Part shown: piece by piece, positions 31,514-44,774 of the stretch
Position numbering within the stretch: position 1 is the first letter of the stretch
Layout of the letters: each line of letters starts with the position of its first letter
Assembly (NCBI GenBank): GCA_000320545.1
Contig: ADNK01000512.1
Span: forward strand, 63,635-127,634
Direction: 5' to 3'
Length of the DNA: 64,000 nt
Source of the DNA: Bigelowiella natans CCMP2755
Taxonomy: Eukaryota > Protista > Cercozoa
Notes under the pieces: generated by a model
Told to the model about the DNA's origin: nothing
What the model saw: only the letters and a program-made list of their open reading frames with translations
Database searches by the model: none
Program-made: the position numbers and the translations under genes

Positions 31514-33647
31514 ATGCCTTGGGGAGGCATGAGGGGAGAAATTGAGTCGCCTTGGATTTGGCAGAGAGTATCAGTGGCCGTGACTGCAAGCTTAGTCATA
31601 TGTGCGTTGATCCATCAAGGTGGAACCACCCAATCTGTAGTCGCGGGCTATCATCCTGCCCAGACGAGGCTGGCCGCATATCACCCTAAACCGGCTGCTT
31701 TTGACTCCTCCGCCTGGTATCACTCCTCTTTTTCGTGGCGCAGTTCTCTTGGAACGCACACAAGGGCATCGTCAGCTTCCTCTCTGTCGCGTGAAAGAAA
31801 GCCGAAGCGTAGCGCTACGAGGATTTGGGGGAGCACCAACCCAGAGGACGAGGAGGACGAGGGGTTGCAGTATTTCCTATCACAAACGGAGGGTAGGCCC
31901 AGAGGAGATGGAAAGAAGAATAAGGCCACTGTGTATGGGGGTAGTAGCAGTAGCATAGACCACGATCACGTCGATAGCAGCAGCAGCAGTACCAGCAGCA
32001 CGGGTGGGGAGCAAGATCCGGAGGAAGGGGTTGACATCAAAATAGCAGACAGTGGTGACGTGCATAGGAGCAGGATAGCAGAAGGATGGGCTAAGAATAC
32101 TACTGATCCTGCAGCTGACAATGATTTCATAGATGATTACGCTTCAGCAGAGGCTGCGTTTGAGAGTGCGTTCAATGCCAGCATAGCATCTTCCTCGAAA
32201 GAAACTAGCGAGGATGGTGGAGACGATGAGGACAACCGTGCATCTCTCGAAAAGGTCTGGTGGGCACGGAACACATTTGTTGATGCAATTTTCATCTTCG
32301 GCCATATGCTGTGACATACTTTAAGCAGCTACCGCTTTCTACCACAACAAGTAGCATTGAATCCTCCTCCTCCTCCTCCTCCTCCTCCTCCTCCTACATT
32401 ATTATGACCACTCAGATTCTGAACGACTTAGAAGTGGTGCAACTCGATACATTAGAAGATACCAATGAGGTAGAAGGATAACGCCTATATGATTGTTTGT
32501 CTTCCTATGTTCATCATTATCATCATCATCACCATCATCATCACCAATGCAGGGCTGGTGGGAATCTGCACATGCAACAGGAAAGGTGAGTTGATGAAAC
32601 ATAGGAGAGGGAGGAGGAGGAGGAGGTCTTATGTCATGTGTTAGAAGTAGTAAAGCGAGGAAAGGTAAGGAAAGGAGAGGATAAGAATAACACCACCACT
32701 ACAACTTTTCGACAGCACCAATCACCCGTAAATCCCCCCCCCCCTCCTACTACTTCTGAATGCTACTAGTATGATGACACCGAGTTCGTAGCGACTTATT
32801 GGGATATTCGTTCAACGCTCCACCTTGTCATGGGCCTGGACTACCAGGATGACATCGCCAAGCAAAACTTGTCGGTTCTCGATGTGGGGTGCGGTAGGAA
32901 CCCCATCAAGACAACACGTGCAGCATGCCAACCAATCCTCCTGCTGCTGTTGCTGCAGAGACGATGTGAACGTGCAGATGCTGTGTGCGTGCTTTCGTGT
33001 GTTTAGTTTCTTATGTCACGTTCGTCGTTCAATTCCACTTTTCCATTCAGGTGGGTCGCACGTAGCCGAAGATCTGTTTTTGGATGGGTTTCGAGATATC
33101 ACGGGAATTGATGTATCAGAGGTCTTGTACTTGCTGTTTTTTAATTATTTACATGATGCGCCTACACACACACACACATACACGGGTACACTTGGATGCC
33201 GTTGTGTTTTTTCATCCTTTTTCACCCCCCCCCCCCCCCCCCCTCCAATTTCTCCGATTCCTATTAGGCCGCCATTGAAACGGTAAAGAAGCGGCTGAGT
33301 TCTCCTGATTACGTCTCCCATGAGCTATCATACAATGATCTTGGCCTCCAAAGCAACTCCCTGGAGGACTTTCTACGCTCATCATCAGAGGAGGTATGTA
33401 TATGATGCGTGTGATTATACAGCATATTGTACACACGATCTCTAATCGTCTTATTCCTGCTAGGAGGAGGAGGAGGAGGGGGAGGGGGAGGAGGAAAAGA
33501 AGGACCATGACAGTCATCAAAACCTACAACAACAAATTGAAGAAGAACAACGACATGAGGAAGAGAAACTACCCCCCGAGCTTGCACGACTTCCAGAGAG
33601 AGTGTTCTTTTCTGCTGAGGGCACAGAGGGCGCGGCAAAGTAGTTAC

Positions 33648-33679
<32 letters not shown>

Positions 33680-34182
33680 CAGTGGTAGTAGATGCGCAAA
33701 GTAGTATAAGAAATAGAGTAGGCAGATGGTGGATATTCAGTTGGAGCAACATCTTACCTTCTCAGTAGAGATGATGATGATCACCACCATTCGGTCTCTT
33801 CTACCCACACCCTAATCAGCAAGAGACAGAGAATAATTGGTGTCATCATCGGTTTAATCATCAGGTTTCCTCCCCACAACGTCATTGAATCAGCTATGAC
33901 GAAGCGTTGGAAGTAATGATGTAGACGTGACTCGTATTTATTCCAATTGCTTAATCAGAGCTGGCAGCTGGTGGTTATGCATGTCACCGGTTGCTGTGGT
34001 GGTGACGGGTTGTGAGGTGATGATGAATGTACGATGACCTTTCATCGCCCTTGCTGCCTTTGTCGTTGTCTGTTGGGAAATCCGCTCATATATATAGAAT
34101 TGGGAAGAATCTTGCTGGATTTTCTGGCAAGTTCATGGCAGTAGATGCTCGACAACTTGACCAGTACTGACACTTTAAGAAA

Positions 34183-34214
<32 letters not shown>

Positions 34215-34227
34215 AATGCGGTGTAGC

Positions 34228-34268
<41 letters not shown>

Positions 34269-34693
34269 TCTCTCCATAGTTCCTTCTTACTGATACATCC
34301 CGACTGTTGTTATATGGTTGGCGCATGCACACAGGACGTTCGGTGAGGGTAGCTTCGACCTCATCATCGATAAGGTAAATCTGGTAGTGGTAGTGCCAGT
34401 GGAAAGGGTACAGACTAGTGAATAGGAAGCTTTCTCATTATCATCATCATCATCATCATCCTCATAATTATCTTCACCATCTTCATAGAGAGTTGTGCGT
34501 GCTCCTATCCCCCATTCTCCCACCCCCCTCTCTGTCTCCTCTACTCCATTCGTGGCCGTGATGATTGACATCGTTGCCATTGCTACTAAAGGGCACGCTA
34601 GAGTCGATTGCTGTTGGAAACGCATTTCGTGACGTTCATCGGATGCTGGCTGTGAGTGGCAAATCTGTGTCATGATCAAATGACTGCTATTAG

Positions 34694-34755
<62 letters not shown>

Positions 34756-35516
34756 TGACCTGAATGTTTTCTATTAATGTAATCAGTTGTTGAAATCTTC
34801 CTGATCTCCCCGCCGGGTATTTTTCTTCTTCTTACGCGCCCTCAGTCGATATCAAGAGTTTTAAAGCCAGGAGGAATGTTCCTTAGTATCTCCTTCGCAC
34901 TACCCGAACAACGAACGGTGTTAATAGCAACAACACAAGCACTTAACGAGAGAGTATATGTAGTAGCAGCGTGCCCTTTTTCTAAAATGCTGTTAAGTGC
35001 TGCCTCCACCACCTGTTTGTTTGATAAGAAGGCACTCAGATTTCTATTAGCAGAAGTCAATGTAATCGTATGTGAGGAGTGTTGAAGTCGATTTTAAGTG
35101 GGTAACATGATATTCGTTGTTGTTTGTATTCATCCTCGTCGTGGTAAAGCCCCTTCTCAGCGGACCTCTGCCACAGTTGCGTGGTGTCTATGAGTGGTCT
35201 GTCTACCCACAGGTTAAGAGCAGCGAATAGTCGTCGTAGTTGTTGTGTGTGTGTAGTAGTAAAAACTATGTGGTTATTGATTCTCTTCACTATCGTTCCT
35301 TCTCTCCTCCTCCTCCTCCTCCGTCTTCTTCTTCTTCTCCTTCTCCTCCTTCTTTTTCATTGCGTCTACTTCGTCATTTTCTCCTGCATCAGCCCTTTTT
35401 AGTAGCTAATGGTCATTTACATACATTTACAGGGAATGGTGACTCCCGATGGCACCCAGTTCACTGTGTACGTGTGCCGTAAGAAGAAGAAAAAGAAGGC
35501 CGCGGGCAAGAAGTAG
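31514..35516 (+). CDS. Class I SAM-dependent methyltransferase (METTL13-N / EEF1AKMT4-like) with a bipartite plastid-type leader
   Basis: Exons encode SVLDVGCGGSHVAEDLFLDGFRDITGIDVSEAAI, FMAVDARQLDQTFGEGSFDLIIDKGTLE, SISRVLKPGGMFLSISF and FTVYVCRK. The N-terminus is a hydrophobic segment (VSVAVTASLVICALI) followed by an S/R/A-rich transit-like stretch. Confidence 0.85.
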
Positions 35517-36248
35517 TAGTTATAGCACAAAAGCAAAGACTTCATCCTTCAGCTAGCATGCACGGTTGCAACGGACAAGCATTGCAATTTAATGCAACCC
35601 TACTCGCACAGCATCGCACTGCATCGCACTCATCAGCATGGACCTAATAATACCTGCACGAATGCTTCAAAAGCCACAATGCATGCAATCTTGGTCATTG
35701 TGACATCATTGCACAGATGCGCCGGATGAACATGTACACGGTAGATTAGCTTCAGCTCGTCATTGGCTGCTGTGGCATGCCAATGTTGCATGTGCGTGTG
35801 CATGTGACTGAATCGAATCTTGTCCTGCGGCGGCAAAGCGCATGTAGCATCGCAACAGTGCGAGTTGCTGGTATACACACCCGCTGCTTGCTGCGATGCT
35901 ATCATAGCAGCTAATAAGCCCGAGGCAGACATTGATGCAATGACAACGAATGAACATTTATTTGGCTTGAAGTAGCAATTAAATCGAGCGCGATTCGCCG
36001 AATGACGCTACGTAGCACATTCTAGTATCGATGCATATACGGCGGCTATACAAATAGAGCATGCTCTGTTTAATTGTCAGCGTTTATGTGTATGTAAACA
36101 TTTGCATGATGTGCGTGGAACTTTCTTGTGTGGTCAGCAAGTGCTTGACTGCTTGAGCACAAGACTGTTTATTCCTGGGCGTAGGTCGGTGGGTTGGTGG
36201 GTGACGAGCTTCAGGAATATCTGGTTTCATTTTCTTTTCATTCATGAT

Positions 36249-37628
36249 TTAAGAGAAATGGAGCCAGAATTGCTTGCCAAGAATGTTGCCGTATCCTCGT
36301 GCGTCGGAACCGACAGGAGGATTAACATAGTTTCCGTTTCTATCGATCGGATGCGAGAATTTTCCACCGTGTGCAGAATCTGCTACAAAGCCAAATTGCC
36401 CGAATCCACAGCTGCCATACCTGATAATATCAACCACACACAAATGCGAGGTAGGTCATGAATTATTTTTGGAAAGAAATACTGCAAAGAGGAAGGAAGG
36501 TGGAATGGCGGCTGTAATGACAAGCAGGTCGGAGACTAATATGAGATAATATACTCAGAAGTGACGAAGTCATTACTTTTTCTTTTTCGCTCAATCGCAT
36601 CATCAGGACATCTACTTCACGCTGAAACAGTAGGAAAATTACCATCCGAATCCGTTGTTGTTGCTGCAGCAGCAGGCACCATCGAACCACTTGCTCGGCG
36701 CTTTGCCCTTCCTTGGATCGTCGTGCTGCATCTGGGGACCGCTGGGACAGTTACCCTGAGGACACTTTCCGCCATCGTGGCTGTAGGAGAGATCACCGTA
36801 CAGCTTGAAATTGCTGTAGACGAGCGTGTAATCAGCCTGCGATTGGAGGTCGATCTTCACAATGAGATCCACTCTTTTGCCGTGTGCTTCAATCAAACGA
36901 CGCCATTCGGTGATGGCGAGGAAGTAGTCTTTGCCCACAGATTTGCTGCCGAACGTGCGGCGCGCGTTAGATCCGCTCCACATAGCGGTATTAGCATGCC
37001 AGATGTTCGCGACTAGCTCATATCGTCCTCCTTCGACGATTCCGCTAATGGAAGGCAATGGCACTGGCATCGACGGCTTGAAGTGCAACCAAAATTGCTT
37101 GCCTACCACGAAGCCGTAGCCTCGGGCCGCCGAACCAACTGGTGGGTTTACGTAGTTTCCTGAAGGTAAGAAAGAACACACATCACAAACAGCGTGAGCA
37201 CCACGTTCTCAGATACCATCATGCTTTCCAGATTCATGCAAAATCACCGCAGCCCATCCCAAGCGTCGGCGGCTTGTGTTAATCGCTGCTTTTTTCCTTT
37301 AGAAAACAAGATAATATACCGTTCTTGTCAATTGGATGAGAGAAGCGGCCACCATGAGAGCTGTCCGCAACAAACCCAAACTGTCCAAAGCCACACCTTC
37401 CAAACCTGAAAATACACCGATTGCACAACGTTCATACAGAGGTGGCTCGTTTCAGGTATGGTAAGCAGCGACACGCATATGTCGCAAAGAATACTGCTCA
37501 ACTTCCTACAAAATTACCATCCAAATCCATTGTTGCTCGAACAGCAGCAGGCACCATCAAACCATTTACCATGACGACCGATACGCCTGATTTCACATAC
37601 AACAGGATAAACCACACAGACAAACACG

Positions 37629-37680
<52 letters not shown>

Positions 37681-37729
37681 CACCCAGTCACTACCGACAG
37701 TGTCACTTGCTTCACTACACTTTCACATC

Positions 37730-37764
<35 letters not shown>

Positions 37765-40700
37765 GTCGTTGTGCTGCATTTGAGGACCACTGAGGCATTT
37801 CCCTTGCGGGCAGCTGCCCCCCTTGTGGCTGTAGTCGAGGTTGGAGTAGAGCTTGAAGTCGTTGTAGATGAGCAAGTAATCAGGCTGGCTCTGGAGTTGA
37901 ATCTTGACGATGAGGTCGACCTGGCCCTCGTGTTCGTCGATTAGATCACGCCATTGCTGCATGGCCAGGAAGTAGTCCTTGCCAACAACCTTCAGCACAA
38001 GGAGAAGAAGCGCACACAAAATATAGCCGACGTGAGTTTTCAGGCAAGAATGAATATCGTTCCGAGGTTGAAAGCACGAGCGGATAGCAGAGTGTTTAGT
38101 GAATATTGGCATTTTTGCAGTGTTATAGTACCTTGACACCAGCGGTTGCACGGCCCTGGTTGCCCGCCCACATTGGCGAGTAAGGATGCATGATGTTTGC
38201 CACAAGCTCGAACTTTCCAGCACCCTCAACAGGAGGAAGGAACATCTCAGTTGATTTCAGCTCTAGCCAGAACTCCTTCATCTGGATCTCGCCCTCTCCC
38301 CGCGCCGCGGAGCCTACGGGTGGGTTCACGTAGTTACCATCGCGATTGATGGGGTGGGAGAACTTGCCGCCATGCCCCCCGTCCGCGATGAAACCAAATT
38401 GCCCGAAGCCGCAGGATCCATACCATCCAAAGCCGTTGTTGCTTGAGCAGCAGCATGCGCCATCAAACCACTGACTTGGCGCCTTACCTGTCCGTGGGTC
38501 GTCGTGCTGCATTTGTGGGCCGTTCGGGCATTTTCCTTGTGGGCAGCTGCCGCCATTGTGGCTGTATTGCATGTTCTCATAGATCTGAAGTCGTTGTAGA
38601 TGAGATTGTAGTGGCGGCCGTTCTTCATGTAGACCTTTACATGGAGGTTGGCCTTGCCCTTGTGCGCATCGATGGCCTTAGCCCACTCCTGGATCGCTAG
38701 CATATAGTCTTGTCCTGTTGCTATCATGCCAGAGGTCTTACGTGCACCATGATCTTTCCACATGACGTTGTTGGGGTTGATGATACGTGCCACCAGCTGC
38801 ATTTTGCCAGAGACAGGGGTGACAGGTTGGTGCGTGGGCGATATTCCTGGAGTGGGAAGCGGCGTTGGGATGCTAACCACTTGGTTCTTCTGTCCCGTGT
38901 ACAACCAGAACTGCTTGCTCACAATCTCTCCATATCCGCGCGCCGGAGAACCTACAGGTGGATTTACGTAGTTTCCGTTTCGATCGATTGGATGGGAAAA
39001 CTTGCCGCCGTGAGCGCTATCAGCGATGAAACCAAATTGCCCGAAGCCACAGCCGCCTAAGGTGGTGATGAAATATTGTTATGCTTGATTGCTTTTGGAC
39101 GACAGGTTATTACAAATAAGCAAGCCATTATCTATTACCGAACCAGCCATAACCGTTATTGCTGGAACAGCAGCATGCACGATCGAACCACTTGCTGGGG
39201 GCCTTGCCTGATCTAGGATCATCGTGCTGCATTTGGGGTCCCTTCGCGCAGAAGCCTTGCGGACAACTGCCTCCGTCATGGCTATAGCCGAAGTCAGAAT
39301 GAATTTTGAAGTTGTCATAGACGAGCGTGTAATCATCCCCTCGCGCAAGTTTGATTTTCACGATGAGGGTAGATGGCCCGTCGTGGCGGTTGATGAGGTT
39401 CCTCCACTCAGCAAGAGCAAGCATGTAATCCTTACCCTTCACATTTTTGATGCCTGCTGTGACCTTACCGTTAGCCCCCTGCCACATCGCCTCCTGGGGA
39501 TCCACGACGTTTGCCAGCAGCTCGTACTTACCACTGGACCAGTGCATTGGGAGACTCAAAGGCATTGTTGGTTTGAAATGCAACCAAAACGTCTTTCCCA
39601 GGACAAATCCAGCCCCTCTTGCAACAGACCCAACGGGCGGGTTGACGTAGTTTCCGTTGCGATCGATCGGGTGGGAAAATTTACCGCCGTGAGCACCGTC
39701 AGCCATGAAGCCAAACTGTCCAAATCCGCATCCACCTGAACCATTATGATCATCATTATCATCATTGTCGTCGTCATCGTCGTCGTCACCATGATCCAAA
39801 GTTGGGATGGTAAAAGATAAAATTTTGGAAGACGTTGGGCAACGACAAGACACTAGAAAATATGAAATGAAGTCGTTCGTCCATTACCGTACCATCCAAA
39901 CCCGTTGTTTCCTGAGCAGCAGCAAGCACGATCGAACCACTTGCCGATACGGCCATGCCTTGGGTCGTTGTGCTGCATCTGCGGACCGCTCTCACAGTAT
40001 CCCTCAGGACACTCGCCACCCTTGTGGCTGTAGTCAAGGTTGTCGTAGATCTTAAAGTCCTTATACACAAGTGAGTAGTCGGGCCTGTCGAGAAGTTCAA
40101 TCTTAACGATGAGGTCAACTTCTCCCCTATGTGCGTTGATCATGCTGCGCCATTGCTGGATCGCAAGCATGTAGTCCTTGCCATGCAATCCCTTGATGCC
40201 GGCTGTCTTTCTACCGCTGCTGCCCTGCCACATTATGTTGTGTGGGTTGTAGATGCTAGCTACAAGTTCATATCCTCCCTTCCCGCGCTTAGGAGCCTGA
40301 TGGGCTTTTGGTGCCTTCAGGTGAAGCCAGAATTCTTTTAACTGGATCTCTCCCTCTCCTCTCGCCGCGGAGCCGACCGGTGGGTTGACGTAGTTTCCGT
40401 GACGGTTGATAGGGTGTGAGAACTTGCCCCCGTGCGCAGCATCGGCAATGAAACCGAACTGTCCAAAGCCACATCCTCCTGCATGGAAGATGGATAGGAG
40501 GGGGTTTAGTGTCGTAGGGTCCAAGCGAAACGGTACGCATACAATGACTCAGGACATGCAGTGGACATAAAATATTTGATGTTTGTGGTGCTGTATTTGT
40601 TGCTTAGAGGATGAGGGGAGAAAGGGCTAGATTAGGAGAACTACCGAACCATCTGCCAGAATTTGGAGTATAGACCAAGACAAAGAGATATGTGCAGAAT

Positions 40701-42038
40701 GGGGGAGGAATACGTAACAGTGAGAACAGAGCCCCAAATTGTAAAAAAACACAAACAGTAAGACATTGTAGTATTTGTATTAAAAAAAATCTCGTAATGA
40801 TGGTTTATTCAACTAGAGGTTCGAGGAGGAAGACGATGGTAAGTGTATGAACGACCCGAATCCGTTGTTACTGGAGCAGCAACATGCCTTGTTGAACCAT
40901 TTTCCACTCTTTCCAACTCTGTCGTTGTTATTGTTGCACAGGAGGAGAAAATGTTGTTTATGTGAAATCAATGTAGTAGAATCATCACATCTTGTTGTAT
41001 TTCCTGCCTATGTGGTGGTGGGATCGACCTTGGATCATTGTGCTGCATCTGCGGTCCTCGTTGACAATAGCTCTGAGGAAGGGGGGATCGTTTTATTAAT
41101 CAGCATCCCACGAGAAACGACAACAGTGAGAACGAACAAACTTTCTCATCTAGCGAAAGGCCTCCCAAAAACCCTTATCACGTACCTGTGGGCAACTGCC
41201 TCCGTTATGGCTGTAGTCAAGGTTCGAATGCACTTTGAAATCACTGCAAAGATGTTACATAGCAGAAGTTGCTAAATTAGAATTGATCTGACTCTTTCCT
41301 CTCTCTCTCTCTCTCTCTCTCACTCACTCACTCTCCCACCCCCCCTCCCCCTCCCTTTGCCTAGCACCGACAACAAGTAGTACATTTTACGCGATCTTAC
41401 TTATAGATGAGGGTATAATTGGGCGTGGTCTTCATGGCGATCTTCACGTGCAGGTCAACGTGGCCATTGTGCGCCTCTATCATTGTACGCCAGGAATGAA
41501 GCGACAGCATGTAGTCCTGACCAGGCTCTGATTTCCCTGCAGTTGTAAGGCCATTACTGCCCTGCCACATTGCCAAACTCGGGTTCACAACGCTTGCGAC
41601 GAGGACCTAGTGGATAGAAGAACGATCTTTAGGTCTTGTTAGGTCCGGTGAGGAACCAAAGATAGCGAGGAGACACTGTATGGGTATTACAGTGGCACAA
41701 GGCTATAGATTGATGAAAGGAGTGACATTTATATTACCATTCTCCCTGCGTCTGGAGTTGGGAGGCGCGTAGGAAAGGCGGTCGGATCGGGCGTCGGGAG
41801 TGGGGTGGGACTGGGTGTTGGATTAGGTGTTGGGTTAGGGGTAGGGCGAGGAGTAGGATGAGGACTTGGGAGGGGGGTAGGGAACGCAGAGGGAGCTGGT
41901 GTTGGATCGGGAGTTGGGGCTGGTGTCGGTTCTGGGGTGGGCGCTGGTGACGGGAACCTATATCAAAACGAGGAGAGTATTTGAGATATTGTCTATAGTA
42001 TATTAATATATAATATAATATTAAATCTTTTATAAATA

Positions 42039-42080
<42 letters not shown>

Positions 42081-42137
42081 CGTATAATGGAGAATTTGTG
42101 CTCGTGTGTGTGCGTAGAGAGAAAGAGAAAGCGACCG

Positions 42138-42175
<38 letters not shown>

Positions 42176-43207
42176 CTCCATATGGGGAATGAAGAACAAA
42201 ACTGAACAGCGATATATCTTAGATATGAACGTGTTACATTGTCGGATATTTAGTGGTTGGTTCCGGTGTTGGAAATTGTGATGGTGCTGGTGTGGGGTCC
42301 GGCGTGGGCTCTTTAGTGGTCGGCGCCTTTGTCGGCTTAGGGGTGGGATGCGGTGATGGCATAGGGGTAGGCTTCAGGGTTGGGTTAGGTGTCGGTTTTG
42401 GAGTGGGAAAGGCACTAGGAGCCTCGGTCGGTTTTTTAGTTGGCTCTGCCGTAATGGCCACAATACGAGGAAGTTCCTTACTCCAGGAACACTCTGCAGC
42501 TTCTACGGCGCAGCATTCTTTAACACATTCCTGCACGTGCTTACTGTTGTAAGGTGGCTCCTCCCTTAGCATAGAGTAGGCACCGAAGTCGCAGACATCA
42601 GTTCCTTCGCAGTCGTACAGCTTACAGTCACACTTGCGGTTCTCTTGCCCGCCCTGACACGTGTACATATAGGCCTCGGGCAGGGACATGCACCATGATG
42701 CGTCAGCCCTGTGCCCTGAGCGCTGCTCCCATTCAGCTTTCAGAGCGGTCTGATGAGTTGCCTGCCAAAAGTCCAGGGGAAGCCTGCGTATGCGATCCAT
42801 TTTTAGAAAATAAAATGTTAAATTCAAGTTAGTACTCTTTCAGCAATTTCTTATTACCCAGTTGCCTCCTTGTCGCTAGTGTAGAAAACTTTTGCGCAAA
42901 TGTGGTGTGTGATATTGAAGAGACACTTTCCATCATCTCCACATGTACGAGCCATCATCAGGTCCATTTCTGGTTCCGCATAAGCATCTCCTGCGCTGAG
43001 TCCTTCACCTTGACCAACTGTGTTTCGCATCAGCTCGATGTCTTTTTCGCCCGGAAGAGCATCGTCGCGTTGCCCCGGCTGCTCCTTTAACTGGAGAATA
43101 CCCTGTTCTGAATCCAACCTAGCTTTGTTTGTCAGAGCCTGCACGCTAATAGTGCATAATATTAATGCAAGTAGCCAACTCACACATGGGCTGGTGCGGG
43201 AGCCCAT
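36249..43207 (-). CDS. Secreted protein: signal peptide, Cys-rich domain, Pro/Thr stalk and six tandem ~165-aa Cys-rich repeats (weakly fibrinogen-C-like); one apparent 1-nt frameshift
   Basis: Signal [24 protein letters not shown]. PTPxPTP repeats at 41740-42450. Six copies of xLVAxI...MW...G[KQ]DYxL...W...LxVKI...YxLxYxxFK...YSHxGGxCPxGxC..GPQMQHxD...WFxxACCCSxNNG[FY]GW[YF][41 protein letters not shown]...FWL. Stop at 36249. Confidence 0.9.
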
Positions 43208-43670
43208 ATCTTAATGGTTTGTTATTAAATATCCATGTTGTCATTTCAGCATAGAAGAACTTACTTTTATAGTAGATAATCCATAGTTTACACATGACAC
43301 AGATAAAAATTGGACTACATTTTATCAGAGTTTTTAATTTAATGTTGGCAGCTGGTCTGAAATGATGCTATGAACTACATGTATTAACATAAAAGAGATA
43401 TTCCATTTTAGTAATAGCGACATCGGTATCTGCAAGTATCATGTTCCACATAGAAGGCCATCTGCAGCAGAGCACAGTGCACAGTGCACAGTGCAGTGTA
43501 ACGTCGTTCTGGATCTAGTCTACGAGTCGTAGGACGTGTTTCCCTTGAAACAACCTGGAGGATGTTGTCGCTCTGAAGATTTTTAGTATATTTTTTAGAA
43601 ATATTATTATACGAAATATATCGTAGGTTTACAGTGTTCTACTGCAGCCGGAAACACTGCTGAGGAAGCG
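43208..43670. promoter_or_regulatory. Probable bidirectional promoter region
   Basis: About 0.46 kb of AT-rich sequence between divergent ATGs. Confidence 0.45.
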
Positions 43671-44732
43671 ATGGACCCAGGTCTGTAGTCTGCATGTTTC
43701 TTTTATGTATGCTCCTACTTTCTGTGTACTCTTCATCCTCAACCCTTTTACCTTCGTCTGCGGACGATCCTTTGTATTTTCTGTGAATTGAACAACGATT
43801 TTTGCGTCCTCTTTCGCGTAAATCGCACAGGAGTCTGATTGCGAAGAAAGGAAGGAAATTAATATTTGCTCGAAAGTGAAGTCTTCTGTTAAAATCTGTA
43901 CTGTGTATTTTAGGGAAGAATAACATAGTAGTAGCTAGCGATGTTTCTGCACTTGGGTCTGCAAGTACAGAGAACTTTGGTTCCAACGAGGAGTTTGACC
44001 CTTTCGCCGATGGCACATTCGAAGCCATAGCCGCTGCAGAGCTTCCCACCACCGCGCCATTGCAAACGATAGTTAAAAAGAAACGGAAGAAGCGGAAGAA
44101 GAAGAAGACAAAGAAGAAGAAAATAGGAGAGCAAGAACAAAAGCAGGGCGAATATAAACACGAAGAAGGCAGTTCCCGCAGCAGTCTCGATGAAAGGACT
44201 TCGGAACGTGATGGCCCGAACCATCAGGCAACAATTCGGGACGACTATACTGCCTTTCTGCCGCCTCCTCCAGAGGAAGCATCGATGGTGACAAATACTG
44301 CGGGTAGTGAATCTGTCGCCATTCAAAAATGAGTGATAGCATTTATGGAGTCCTCTCCGCCTAAACTTTCAGGTGGTCTCGCACACGACTCTTTAGTAGC
44401 TGGGAATGTGCTCCCATTCGACAAAAAATCCTATCTTCATGGCCTTCACTCGAGACTGCAACAAATCTGCCCTCGCCTAAAGTAATGGAAAGAAAAAAAA
44501 TTGTTTTCTCGTCGTCATCGTCTTCTTTTCCCTCCACATTAGCAATATCCAGCCTTTCTGCACATTGTTTGTTTTCAGACCTCCTACTGCCCGAGGTACA
44601 GGGCTTGGTCCAAGGGTAAACGATAACAGGGGAGTGGAACACAGCGACCGGGGACGATTGTAGATGGTGAAAAAAAAAACACAAGTGCACAAACAAAGCA
44701 CGCACAAACATACACACAACAGAGAGGCAGAG

Positions 44733-44774
<42 letters not shown>

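Noticed and set aside
36249-41610. Repeated DNA blocks as a possible CRISPR array or multi-gene tandem array
   Set aside because: The repeats are protein-coding, diverge at synonymous sites and join in frame through linkers with one signal peptide and one stop.
43473-43493. Three tandem CACAGTG heptamers, identical to the RSS/Transib heptamer
   Set aside because: No nonamer, inverted partner or transposase nearby; best read as a short tandem repeat.
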